A DNA stretch of 64,000 nucleotides from Candidatus Heteroclostridium caecigallinarum (GTDB lineage: Bacteria; Bacillota; Clostridia; Christensenellales; CAG-314): assembly GCA_904419725.1 (NCBI GenBank), contig CAJFSP010000003.1:33139-97138 (forward strand), in the 5' to 3' direction. How positions within the stretch are numbered: the stretch's first letter is position 1; each line of letters starts with the position of its first letter. Both the position numbers and the translations under genes were made by a program. Below the pieces are notes generated by a model that ran no database searches, was not told the DNA's origin, and saw nothing but the letters and a program-made list of their open reading frames with translations. Below, one piece after another: positions 55,929 through 64,000 of this stretch.

Positions 55929-57308
55929 ATGGCTAAAATGTGGGCGGGCAGGTTCGGAAAAGAAACCGATTCCCGCGTGAACGACTTTAACTCATCGATA
56001 CGTTTCGACAGCCGCATGTACGCCCACGATATAGAGGGCAGCAAGGCGCACGCCGCAATGCTTGCCGCCAAGGGCATAATAAGCGAGGCGGACGGCAAAG
56101 CGATTGTCGGCGAACTTGAACAAATAAAAAAAGATATCCGAAGCGGTAAACTGGAAATAGACATGACCGCGGAAGACATACATATGTTTGTCGAGCAGGA
56201 ACTGACCAAACGTCTGGGCGACGTTGGCAAACGGCTGCACACGGCCCGCAGCCGCAACGACCAGGTGGCCGTCGACATCAGGATGTATCTCAGGGACGAA
56301 GTGGTTTGTATCAAAGCGCTGCTCAAAGAACTCATCGGCGCTTTGGGCGGCATAGCGGCGGACAACGTAGAAACCGTCATGCCGGGTTACACGCACCTGC
56401 AAAGGGCGCAGCCCGTAACGCTGGCGCACCACCTGTGCGCCTACGCCGAAATGTTTCTGCGCGACGCGTCGAGGCTGACCGACGCCTCAAAGCGCATGAA
56501 CCTGTGTCCGCTGGGCGCTGGGGCGCTGGCAGGCACAACGTATGACATCGACAGGGACATGACCGCAGAACTGCTGGGCTTCGACGGGCCGACGGCAAAC
56601 AGTCTGGATTCCGTTTCCGACAGGGATTTCTGCATGGAAATCGCCGCCGCCGTGAGCATAATCATGGTGCACCTTTCGAGGCTGTCGGAAGAAATAGTGC
56701 TCTGGTGCTCGTGGGAGTTCAAATTCGTGGAACTTGACGACGCTTACGCCACGGGGTCAAGCATAATGCCGCAAAAGAAAAACCCCGACGTGACGGAACT
56801 TGTCAGGGGTAAGTGCGGCAGGGCGCTGGGCGACATGACGACGCTGTTTGCCATGATGAAAAACCTGCCGCTGGCTTACAACAAGGACATGCAGGAAGAC
56901 AAAGAAGCGATTTTCGACGCCGTCGATACCGTGAAACTTTGTCTTTCGACAATCACGCCTATGCTCGCCACCATGACGGTGAACAAGGAGAACATGGCGG
57001 CGGCGGCGCGCAAAGGCTTTATCAACGCCACCGACTGCGCCGATTATCTGGTGAAAAAGGGCTTGCCTTTCCGTGACGCGTACAAGGCGACGGGCGTGCT
57101 GGTGGCGCGTTGCATCGAGCTGGGCGCCGTGCTGGAAGAACTTCCGCTGGAAGAATACAAAAAAGTGTGTCCGACATTTGACAGCGGCGTGTATGAAGCG
57201 GTAAACTTACTTAATTGTTTGAAAGGCCGCCGCACTTACGGCGGACCGGCGCCGGAACAGGTGAAAAAAGAATTGGAAAACATTAAAATATTGGCGGAGA
57301 AAATATGA
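55929..57308 (+). CDS. argH: Argininosuccinate lyase
   Basis: 459 aa. MWAGRF, TGSSIMPQKKNPD signature. Confidence 0.97.
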   Translation: MAKMWAGRFGKETDSRVNDFNSSIRFDSRMYAHDIEGSKAHAAMLAAKGIISEADGKAIVGELEQIKKDIRSGKLEIDMTAEDIHMFVEQELTKRLGDVGKRLHTARSRNDQVAVDIRMYLRDEVVCIKALLKELIGALGGIAADNVETVMPGYTHLQRAQPVTLAHHLCAYAEMFLRDASRLTDASKRMNLCPLGAGALAGTTYDIDRDMTAELLGFDGPTANSLDSVSDRDFCMEIAAAVSIIMVHLSRLSEEIVLWCSWEFKFVELDDAYATGSSIMPQKKNPDVTELVRGKCGRALGDMTTLFAMMKNLPLAYNKDMQEDKEAIFDAVDTVKLCLSTITPMLATMTVNKENMAAAARKGFINATDCADYLVKKGLPFRDAYKATGVLVARCIELGAVLEELPLEEYKKVCPTFDSGVYEAVNLLNCLKGRRTYGGPAPEQVKKELENIKILAEKI

Positions 57309-58348
57309 GCGGAAAAATAAAAGCCGGCGTGGTGGGCGCTACGGGCTACGCCGGGGCTGAACTCACGCGCCTTATGCTGGGTCATCCGTCGGCCGATGTC
57401 GCCGCGGTGAGCTCGGTAAGTTTCGAGGGACAAAAACTCAGCGACGTGTATCCCAACCTTTTGGGGCTTGCCGACCTGACGCTGGAAAACGAGGATTCGG
57501 TAATAGAAAAAAGCGACGTGGTGTTTGCCGCTTTGCCGCACGGACTCAGCGAGGAACTGGCGGTGAAATGCCTTGCGAAGGGCAAAAAACTCATTGACAT
57601 AGGCGCCGATTTCCGCCTGAAAGACCCCCTGGAATACAAACGGTGGTACGGGCTGGATTACAAACACCCCGAACTGCACGAAAAAAGCGTGTATATAATA
57701 CCGGAACTGATGAGGGATTTGTATAACGGTCAGCCTATTATAGGCAACCCCGGGTGCTATCCCACCAGCGTGGCGCTTGCGCTGGCGCCCGTCATGAAGT
57801 TTTTCGACGTGCCGGACGGCGGCGTTATTATCGACAGCAAGTCGGGCGTGACCGGGTCGGGCAGGGGGCTTACGCAGAACACGCATTTTCCCGACTGCAA
57901 CGAGGCTTTCGCCCCGTATAAAATCGCTTCGCACAGGCACACGCCGGAAATCGAGCAGACGCTGTCTTTTCTGGCGGGCAAGCGCGTCACCGTGTCTTTC
58001 ACGCCGCACCTGCTGCCGCTCAACAGGGGCATTGTTTCCACCTGTTACGTCAGCTTCGGCAAAAAGACGGATTTCGGCGAAATTTACGGCGCTTATACGG
58101 AGTTTTATAAAAATGAAAAATTCGTCAGGGTGCTGCCGCGCGGTATGACGGCAAACCTCAAAAACGTGCGCATGAGCAATTTCTGCGATATTTCGCTGCA
58201 CTATGACGAAAGAACAAACCGTCTCATCGCCGTGGGCGCCATCGACAACATGGTCAAGGGCGCGGCGGGGCAGGCGATTCAGAACATGAACATAATGTTC
58301 GGCATTGCCGAGGACGAAGGACTTCGTCTGGCGGCGCCGGCGTTTTAG
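57305..58348 (+). CDS. argC: N-acetyl-gamma-glutamyl-phosphate reductase
   Basis: 347 aa. GATGYAG, GNPGCYPT (catalytic Cys). ATGA overlap with argH. Confidence 0.96.
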   Translation: MSGKIKAGVVGATGYAGAELTRLMLGHPSADVAAVSSVSFEGQKLSDVYPNLLGLADLTLENEDSVIEKSDVVFAALPHGLSEELAVKCLAKGKKLIDIGADFRLKDPLEYKRWYGLDYKHPELHEKSVYIIPELMRDLYNGQPIIGNPGCYPTSVALALAPVMKFFDVPDGGVIIDSKSGVTGSGRGLTQNTHFPDCNEAFAPYKIASHRHTPEIEQTLSFLAGKRVTVSFTPHLLPLNRGIVSTCYVSFGKKTDFGEIYGAYTEFYKNEKFVRVLPRGMTANLKNVRMSNFCDISLHYDERTNRLIAVGAIDNMVKGAAGQAIQNMNIMFGIAEDEGLRLAAPAF

Positions 58349-58356
58349 GAGTATAT

Positions 58357-59577
58357 ATGGATTTTGTCTGGAAAGACGGGGGCGTTTGCGCTCCCAAGGG
58401 TTTCAAAGCGAGCGGAGTGCACTGCGGCATAAGGAAAAACAAGACCAAAAAAGACCTGGCGCTGATTGTCGCCGACAAGCCTTGTTCCGCCGCCGCCGTG
58501 TACACGACAAATAAAGTTTACGGCGCGCCCATCGTCGTGACGAGAGAACATCTCAAAAACGGCTTGGCAAAAGCCGTCATCTGCAACAGCGGCAACGCCA
58601 ATACCTGCAACGCCGACGGCGTGGCAAAAGCCAACGCCATGGCGGAACTGGTGGAGCGTTTTGCCGGGGTGGATAAAAACGACGTCATCGTGGCGTCGAC
58701 CGGGGTAATCGGGCAGGTGCTGCCGCTGGAACCGATAGAGAGCGGCATGAGAAGCCTGGTGGACGGTTTGTCTTATAGCGGGAGCGGCGACGCCGCCGAG
58801 GCTATAATGACGACTGACACGGTGAAGAAAGAATTTGCCCTGTCTTATGAAACGGAAGGCAAAACGGTGACCATAGGCGCCATGGCGAAGGGCAGCGGAA
58901 TGATTCACCCCAATATGGCGACTCTTTTGTGCTTCGTGACAACCGACGCGGCGGTTTCGTCCGCCATGCTGGACGCCGCCCTGCGCGAGGCGGTGGCGGA
59001 CACGCTCAACATGGTGAGCATAGACGGCGACACTTCCACAAACGACATGCTGTCGGTCATGGCGTCGGGCGAGGCGGGCAACGCCGAAATAACCCAAAAA
59101 GACGAAAGTTACGCGATGTTCGTCGGCGCTTTGACTGAGCTGCTGACAAAGGTGTCGCGCGGCATAGCCAAAGACGGCGAGGGCGCCACAAAACTCATGG
59201 AGTGCGTGGTTAAAGGCGCGCCAGACAAGGCGTGCGCCAAAAGGATTGCCAAAAGCGTCATCACTTCGTCGCTGCTTAAAGCGGCGGTGTTCGCTTCCGA
59301 CGCCAACTGGGGCAGGATTCTCTGCGCGATAGGCTACGCCGAAGGCGACTTCGACGTGTCGAAAATCTCGGTGGACATTTCTTCCGCAAACGGCAGCGTG
59401 CGAGTGTGCGAAAACGGCTCGGGCGTGGATTTCAGCGAGGAGCAGGCAACGAAAGTGCTTGACCGGGACGAATTTACAATCACCGTCAACCTGTTTGACG
59501 GAAGCGCGGAAGCGACGGCGTGGGGCTGTGACCTGACGTACGATTACGTTAAAATAAACGCCGATTACCGCACCTGA
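58357..59577 (+). CDS. argJ: Bifunctional ornithine acetyltransferase / N-acetylglutamate synthase
   Basis: 406 aa. Autoprocessing site HPNMATLLCF and the C-terminus DLTYDYVKINADYRT. Confidence 0.96.
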   Translation: MDFVWKDGGVCAPKGFKASGVHCGIRKNKTKKDLALIVADKPCSAAAVYTTNKVYGAPIVVTREHLKNGLAKAVICNSGNANTCNADGVAKANAMAELVERFAGVDKNDVIVASTGVIGQVLPLEPIESGMRSLVDGLSYSGSGDAAEAIMTTDTVKKEFALSYETEGKTVTIGAMAKGSGMIHPNMATLLCFVTTDAAVSSAMLDAALREAVADTLNMVSIDGDTSTNDMLSVMASGEAGNAEITQKDESYAMFVGALTELLTKVSRGIAKDGEGATKLMECVVKGAPDKACAKRIAKSVITSSLLKAAVFASDANWGRILCAIGYAEGDFDVSKISVDISSANGSVRVCENGSGVDFSEEQATKVLDRDEFTITVNLFDGSAEATAWGCDLTYDYVKINADYRT

Positions 59578-59588
59578 CGGAGTTTAAT

Positions 59589-60449
59589 ATGGATAACGCT
59601 CAAAAGGCGAAAGTGCTTGTAGACGCCTTGCCTTATATTAAAAAATACTACGACAAAACAATCGTCATCAAATACGGCGGCAACGCCATGACTAGCGAAC
59701 ATCTCAAAGAAGCCGTCATGCGCGACGTGGTGCTGCTGCAATCGGTGGGCGTTAAAGTCGTGCTGGTGCACGGCGGCGGTCCCGAAATCAACGAAACGTT
59801 GGACAAAATGAACATGCGGTCGGCTTTCGTGAACGGGCTGAGATACACCGATAAAGACACCGCCGAGGTAGTGCGCATGGTGCTGGCGGGCAAGGTCAAC
59901 AAAAGCCTTGTCAGCCGCATAAACTCGCTTGACGGCAGCGCGATAGGACTGTGCGGCATAGACGGCAATATGCTGGAAGTCAGCAAAAAGACTGAGGACG
60001 GCGTGGATTACGGCTATGTCGGCGAAATTCAAAAGGTCAACGCCAAAGCCATAGTCAACTGTCTGAGCGACGGTTATATACCCGTCATCGCCACCATAGC
60101 GGCTGACAGGGAAGGCAATGTGTACAACATCAATGCCGACACCGCCGCCGCGCACATAGCGGCGGAACTCAAAGCGGAAAACCTCATTATGCTGACGGAT
60201 ATCGCGGGACTGCTCAAAAACAAAGACGACCCCGCCACGCTGATACCGAAAGTGTATGTCAGCGACGTGCCTTATCTCAAAAAGCAGGGCATAATATCCG
60301 GCGGCATGATTCCCAAAATCGACGGCTGCGTTGAGGCGGTGCGCCGCGGCGTCAGACAGGCGACTGTCATCGACGGCCGCATAGAGCACTCGATACTCAT
60401 CGAAATGCTGTCAAACGAAGGTATCGGCACGCTGTTTACGCAGGAATAA
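59589..60449 (+). CDS. argB: Acetylglutamate kinase
   Basis: 286 aa. VIKYGGNAM, VLVHGGGP, NINADTAA. Confidence 0.96.
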   Translation: MDNAQKAKVLVDALPYIKKYYDKTIVIKYGGNAMTSEHLKEAVMRDVVLLQSVGVKVVLVHGGGPEINETLDKMNMRSAFVNGLRYTDKDTAEVVRMVLAGKVNKSLVSRINSLDGSAIGLCGIDGNMLEVSKKTEDGVDYGYVGEIQKVNAKAIVNCLSDGYIPVIATIAADREGNVYNINADTAAAHIAAELKAENLIMLTDIAGLLKNKDDPATLIPKVYVSDVPYLKKQGIISGGMIPKIDGCVEAVRRGVRQATVIDGRIEHSILIEMLSNEGIGTLFTQE

Positions 60450-60464
60450 TTCACGGGTGGACAT

Positions 60465-61631
60465 ATGAGCATATTTCAGGACGACAAAGACTATATAATC
60501 GGGACGTACAAACGCTTTCCGCTGGTTCTGGTCAAAGGAAACGGCGCGGAAGTTTACGACGACAAAGGCGGCCGCTACATCGACCTCACCAGCGGCATAG
60601 GCGTCAATTCGCTGGGCTTTTGCGACGCCGGGTGGGTGAGCGCCGTGTCGGGGCAGGCGGCGGTTTTGCAGCATACCTCCAACCTTTATTATACTTTGCC
60701 TCAAATCGAGGCGGCAAAGACGCTGACGACGGCGACGGGGTATAAAAAGGCGTTTTTCTGTAATTCGGGCGCGGAAGCGAACGAGTGCGCCATTAAAATC
60801 GCCAGAAAATACAGTTTCGACAAATACGGCAGGGGCAGGCATAAAATCATTACCCTGACCGATTCTTTCCACGGCAGGACGATGACCACACTGACCGCCA
60901 CGGGGCAGGAAGTGTTTCACAACTTTTTCTTTCCATTTGCCGAGGGATTCGAGTATTGCCCCGCCGGCGACGCCGCCGCGCTGGAAAAAGCGCTTACCGA
61001 CGACACCTGCGCAGTGATGCTGGAATTCGTGCAGGGCGAGGGCGGCGTGAAAGAACTGGACAGGGCGTTTGTGGACGCCGTGTTTGAACTTTGCGGAAAA
61101 AAAGACGTGCTTGTCATCGCCGACGAAGTTCAGAGCGGCGTGGGCAGGACGGGCAGGCTTCTGACGTCGCAGGTGTTCGGCGTGAAGCCCGATATAACCA
61201 CCCTCGCCAAAGGGCTTGGCGGCGGGTTGCCTGTGGGCGCCGTGCTGGTTAGCGAAAAAACGGCGGATGTTTTGGGTTATTCTCACCACGGCACGACTTT
61301 CGGCGGAAACCCCGTGGTCATGGCGGGCGTAAACGCCGTGCTCGAAAGAGTTAACGACGACGCGTTTCTCGCCGCCGTGCGTGAAAAGGGCGACTACATG
61401 AGAGAGCGTCTTAGCGGGCGCAGACACGTGGAGGAAGTTACCGGCATCGGCATGATGGTGGGGCTTAAACTCAAAGACGCGACCGCCGCCGAAGTAGTGG
61501 CGAAAGGTATCGAAAAAGGCGTGCTTATGCTCACCGCCAAAGACAGGGTGCGTTTGCTGCCGCCGCTGAACATAGACATGAAACTGCTTGCCGAAGCGAT
61601 GGACGTCGCGGCGGCCATTCTTGACGAATAA
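60465..61631 (+). CDS. argD: Acetylornithine aminotransferase
   Basis: 388 aa. FCNSGAEANE, DEVQSGVGRTG, TLAKGLGGG (PLP-binding Lys). Confidence 0.95.
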   Translation: MSIFQDDKDYIIGTYKRFPLVLVKGNGAEVYDDKGGRYIDLTSGIGVNSLGFCDAGWVSAVSGQAAVLQHTSNLYYTLPQIEAAKTLTTATGYKKAFFCNSGAEANECAIKIARKYSFDKYGRGRHKIITLTDSFHGRTMTTLTATGQEVFHNFFFPFAEGFEYCPAGDAAALEKALTDDTCAVMLEFVQGEGGVKELDRAFVDAVFELCGKKDVLVIADEVQSGVGRTGRLLTSQVFGVKPDITTLAKGLGGGLPVGAVLVSEKTADVLGYSHHGTTFGGNPVVMAGVNAVLERVNDDAFLAAVREKGDYMRERLSGRRHVEEVTGIGMMVGLKLKDATAAEVVAKGIEKGVLMLTAKDRVRLLPPLNIDMKLLAEAMDVAAAILDE

Positions 61632-61642
61632 GGAGAAGAAAA

Positions 61643-62551
61643 ATGAAACATTTGCTTAAACTGCTGGACGTCAGCGAAAAGGAAATTCTGGAAATACTCA
61701 ACCTTGCCGACCAGCTCAAATACGAGCGCAAACACGGCATTCCGCACAGACACCTGGAAGGCAAATCGCTTGGCATGATTTTTCAGAAAGCGTCGACAAG
61801 AACAAGGCTGTCTTTCGAAACGGGCATGTATCAGCTTGGCGGTCAGGCGCTGTTTCTCAGCAACAGGGACCTGCAAATCGGCAGGGGAGAGCCCGTCCAG
61901 GACACGGCAAGGGTGATGTCGAGATATCTCGACGGAATAATGATAAGGACTTTCGCGCAGCAGGAAGTGGAAGATCTGGCCAAATACGGCACCATTCCCG
62001 TCATTAACGGTCTGACCGATTTCTGCCATCCGTGCCAGATACTCGCCGACCTCATGACGGTGAGAGAAAAGAAAGGGTCTTTCGCCGGGCTTAAAGCCTG
62101 TTTCATAGGCGACGGCAACAATATGGCGAACTCGCTCATAGTGGGCTGCCTTAAAGTGGGCATGAAGTTTTCCATCGCCTGCCCGGACGGCTACCGACCT
62201 GACAGCCGCGTGTTGGATTTCGCCAAGGATTACGGCGACAAATTCACTCTGACAGACAACGTGCTCGAAGCCGCCGCCGACGCCGACGTGGTCATCACCG
62301 ACGTGTGGGCGTCTATGGGGCAGGAAGACGAAAAAGCCAAGCGCGAAGCCGCTTTCAAGGGATATCAGGTGAACGACGGCGTCATGAAAGCCGCCCGCGG
62401 CGACGCCATGGTGCTGCACTGCCTGCCCGCCCACAGGGAAGAAGAAATCACCGCCAAGGTTTTCGAAGAGCACGCCGACGAGATTTTCGAGGAAGCGGAA
62501 AACAGATTGCACGCGCAAAAGGCCGTTATGGTCAAGTTGATGAAGGACTGA
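61643..62551 (+). CDS. argF: Ornithine carbamoyltransferase
   Basis: 302 aa. STRTRLSFE, HPCQILADL, HCLPA. Confidence 0.96.
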   Translation: MKHLLKLLDVSEKEILEILNLADQLKYERKHGIPHRHLEGKSLGMIFQKASTRTRLSFETGMYQLGGQALFLSNRDLQIGRGEPVQDTARVMSRYLDGIMIRTFAQQEVEDLAKYGTIPVINGLTDFCHPCQILADLMTVREKKGSFAGLKACFIGDGNNMANSLIVGCLKVGMKFSIACPDGYRPDSRVLDFAKDYGDKFTLTDNVLEAAADADVVITDVWASMGQEDEKAKREAAFKGYQVNDGVMKAARGDAMVLHCLPAHREEEITAKVFEEHADEIFEEAENRLHAQKAVMVKLMKD

Positions 62552-62554
62552 CAT

Positions 62555-63034
62555 ATGGCTGAAATTTCCTTCCGTTTCGCTCAAAAGGGGGACGGCGAGC
62601 TGGTGCTGAATTTCATAAAAGGGCTGGCGGCATATGAAAACATGTCGGAGCGCGTCGTTGCCACGCCGTCGCTGCTGGAAGAATGGCTGTTCGAAAAAGG
62701 CACGGCAAAGGTGCTTATCGGTTCCGCGAATGGCGCGGACGTGGGGTTCGCGCTGTTTTTCGACAACTTTTCCACCTTTCTCGGCAGGGCGGGGATATAT
62801 CTGGAAGACCTGTTTGTTCTGCCCGGACACAGGGGCAAAGGTTACGGAAAGGCGTTTCTCAAAAAACTGGCTTCCATCGCCGTGGAAAGCGGCCGCGGCA
62901 GGCTGGATTGGGCGTGTCTCGACTGGAACAAAAGCAGCATAGATTTTTATAAAGCCATGGGAGCGGAGGCGCTCGACGACTGGACGACGTACCGTCTGGA
63001 AGGAGAAACGCTTCTGCGCATGGCGAAAAAATAA
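62555..63034 (+). CDS. GNAT-family N-acetyltransferase (diamine/SSAT-like)
   Basis: 159 aa. LFVLPGHRGKGYGKAFL is GNAT motif A. Starts 3 nt after the argF stop. Confidence 0.85.
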   Translation: MAEISFRFAQKGDGELVLNFIKGLAAYENMSERVVATPSLLEEWLFEKGTAKVLIGSANGADVGFALFFDNFSTFLGRAGIYLEDLFVLPGHRGKGYGKAFLKKLASIAVESGRGRLDWACLDWNKSSIDFYKAMGAEALDDWTTYRLEGETLLRMAKK

Positions 63035-63039
63035 AAACA

Positions 63040-63073
63040 AAAAGCGGAGCGTCGCTCCGCTTTTTGTTTTTTT
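63040..63073. terminator. Bidirectional terminator closing the arg cluster
   Basis: gcggagc-gtc-gctccgc stem flanked by an A-rich run and ttttttgttttttt. Confidence 0.85.
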
Positions 63074-63150
63074 GGGGGGACAAGTGTGTTGTACGGGGGT
63101 CATGACTTTGACCTCGGAATGATTATTGACGGTCAACGGTTTTTTATACC

Positions 63151-63609
63151 TCAGAGATAATATTTCAGCGCGTCAAGTTTATCTTCCTCGAAACGCAGCA
63201 GTTCTTTGGCAAGGTCAAGGCAGCAGTCGTCGGCAAGCGGCGAGCGTTTGAGCAGCCGCGCGAGGTCAATCACGCCCATTGTGGTGCCTTTAATCGTCAT
63301 TTCGGCAATTCTGGCGTTATCGGCGCGTATGAGTTTGAGTCTGATGGAAGTTTCCACGAAAAATCTGCTGACGCCGCCCGGTTCTTTGATTTCGGCGCCG
63401 TTCAGCGCCGCCGTCTGCCTGACCCTGTTTATAAATTCGTCGTATTTCGCCGCCTGCCCGGTCAGCAGGTCTTTGAAAGATTTGTCTTTGACGTATTTCA
63501 ACGTGACTTTTGTGGAGTGCGCCGCCATGGCGGCGTTGGACATTACGCCGCCCAGCACTTTTTTCCGCTCCGCCGTTTTGTTTATTGCCGCTGTTTGTTT
63601 AGTCGTCAT
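63151..63609 (-). CDS. Hypothetical helical protein
   Basis: 152-aa ORF with plausible coding composition. Start overlaps the stop of a 30-codon upstream ORF. I recognise no family. Confidence 0.55.
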   Translation of the reverse strand: MTTKQTAAINKTAERKKVLGGVMSNAAMAAHSTKVTLKYVKDKSFKDLLTGQAAKYDEFINRVRQTAALNGAEIKEPGGVSRFFVETSIRLKLIRADNARIAEMTIKGTTMGVIDLARLLKRSPLADDCCLDLAKELLRFEEDKLDALKYYL

Positions 63610-63691
63610 ACTGTTCTTCTCCTGATAAATCCAAAAATGAGTTGAGCCATTCGGCTGTTTCCTCGTCGGGTACGGTGATTTTGATGTTCAT
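63599..63691 (-). CDS. Candidate 30-aa acidic micro-ORF translationally coupled to 63151..63609
   Basis: Found by manual reading of the minus strand: GAAGGAG SD, 5 nt, then ATG; MNIKITVPDEETAEWLNSFLDLSGEEQYDD-stop. TATGACGACTAA overlaps the downstream ATG. Below the ORF-track length cutoff. Confidence 0.35.
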   Translation of the reverse strand: MNIKITVPDEETAEWLNSFLDLSGEEQYDD

Positions 63692-63757
63692 CTTTGCTCC
63701 TTCTGACAAAATTGTGCCCTCGCGGCGTTTTTTTATACCGTCCGCCGCCCGATAAAG

Positions 63758-63786
63758 TTGACAGCCGTTGTTTTTTGTGGTAAATT
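63758..63786 (+). promoter_or_regulatory. Promoter for the rplU operon, followed by a leader of about 75 nt
   Basis: TTGACA (63758-63763), 17-nt spacer, TAAATT (63781-63786). GAGGAGG SD before ATG 63866. Confidence 0.65.
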
Positions 63787-63865
63787 GTCATACGAGCCGC
63801 ATAGTAAAGGTACCTAAGAGCCTTGCGCCACCTGAATAGCGAGACTGGGAAGAGGAGGTAAAAAA

Positions 63866-64000
63866 ATGTACGCAATCGTAGAAAACGGAGGCAAACAGTA
63901 CAAAGTGGAAAAAGACCAGGTTCTGTCCATCGAGTACGACAAGTCTGCCGAAGTCGGTTCGGAAATCGCTCTTGACTGCATCATGGTTGCCGACGGCGAA
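63866..64000 (+). CDS. rplU: 50S ribosomal protein L21 (5' fragment, runs off the window)
   Basis: MYAIVENGGKQYKVEKDQVLSIEY is a canonical L21 N-terminus. 45 codons visible with no stop. Confidence 0.93.
   Translation, partial: MYAIVENGGKQYKVEKDQVLSIEYDKSAEVGSEIALDCIMVADGE

Noticed and set aside
61394-63136. 580-aa ORF on the minus strand
   Set aside because: It is antisense to argD (3' end), argF and the GNAT gene, all clearly recognisable. Its composition is artefactual (R/H/G/F-rich).
63606-63875. 89-aa minus-strand ORF overlapping the rplU promoter and leader
   Set aside because: It covers the TTGACA/TAAATT promoter and the rplU SD and start. It is basic and low-complexity, and nothing supports it as coding.

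Overview
This 64-kb window looks like core chromosome of a moderately GC-rich Firmicutes/Clostridia-type bacterium (spoVG, whiA, hprK plus a Crh-like HPr, ECF S-components, sigma-A TTGACA-17-TATAAT promoters, GGAGG ribosome-binding sites). It is densely packed with about 62 supportable protein genes. I saw no rRNA, tRNA, CRISPR array, transposase, integrase or prophage signature. Recognisable content: typA, an aldehyde/alcohol dehydrogenase pair, and an FMN riboswitch driving an ECF riboflavin S-component overlapped by a pyridoxal kinase. Further along are an SNF transporter, mscS, a membrane thioredoxin plus ccdA pair, asnA, patB/malY-type lyase, spoVG, murC, and rpmE followed by a DUF1385::prmC fusion and prfA. 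The rest comprises aspartate aminotransferase, trpS, uvrC, hprK, murB, whiA, dnaE, proBA, an rlmD-like methyltransferase, a complete arginine cluster argG/argHCJBDF, and the start of rplU. The most interesting items are listed here. (1) Two paralogous lipoproteins with duplicated degenerate thioredoxin-like modules, a single retained WC..Q cysteine, an acidic tail and a C-terminal Cys; one sits directly behind the Trx-CcdA reductant module. (2) An unannounced TRAP (mtrB) homolog wedged between dnaE and proB. (3) trpS translationally coupled to a DUF5685-like protein and an HPD-less J-like protein with an extremely Cys-rich tail. (4) An ArsR regulator divergent from a Cys-rich, poly-Thr membrane micro-protein, with mirrored identical translation-initiation regions. 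(5) Two S-component/kinase overlapping gene pairs. Many long ORFs in the supplied track are antisense artefacts of the GC-rich coding strand and were rejected.
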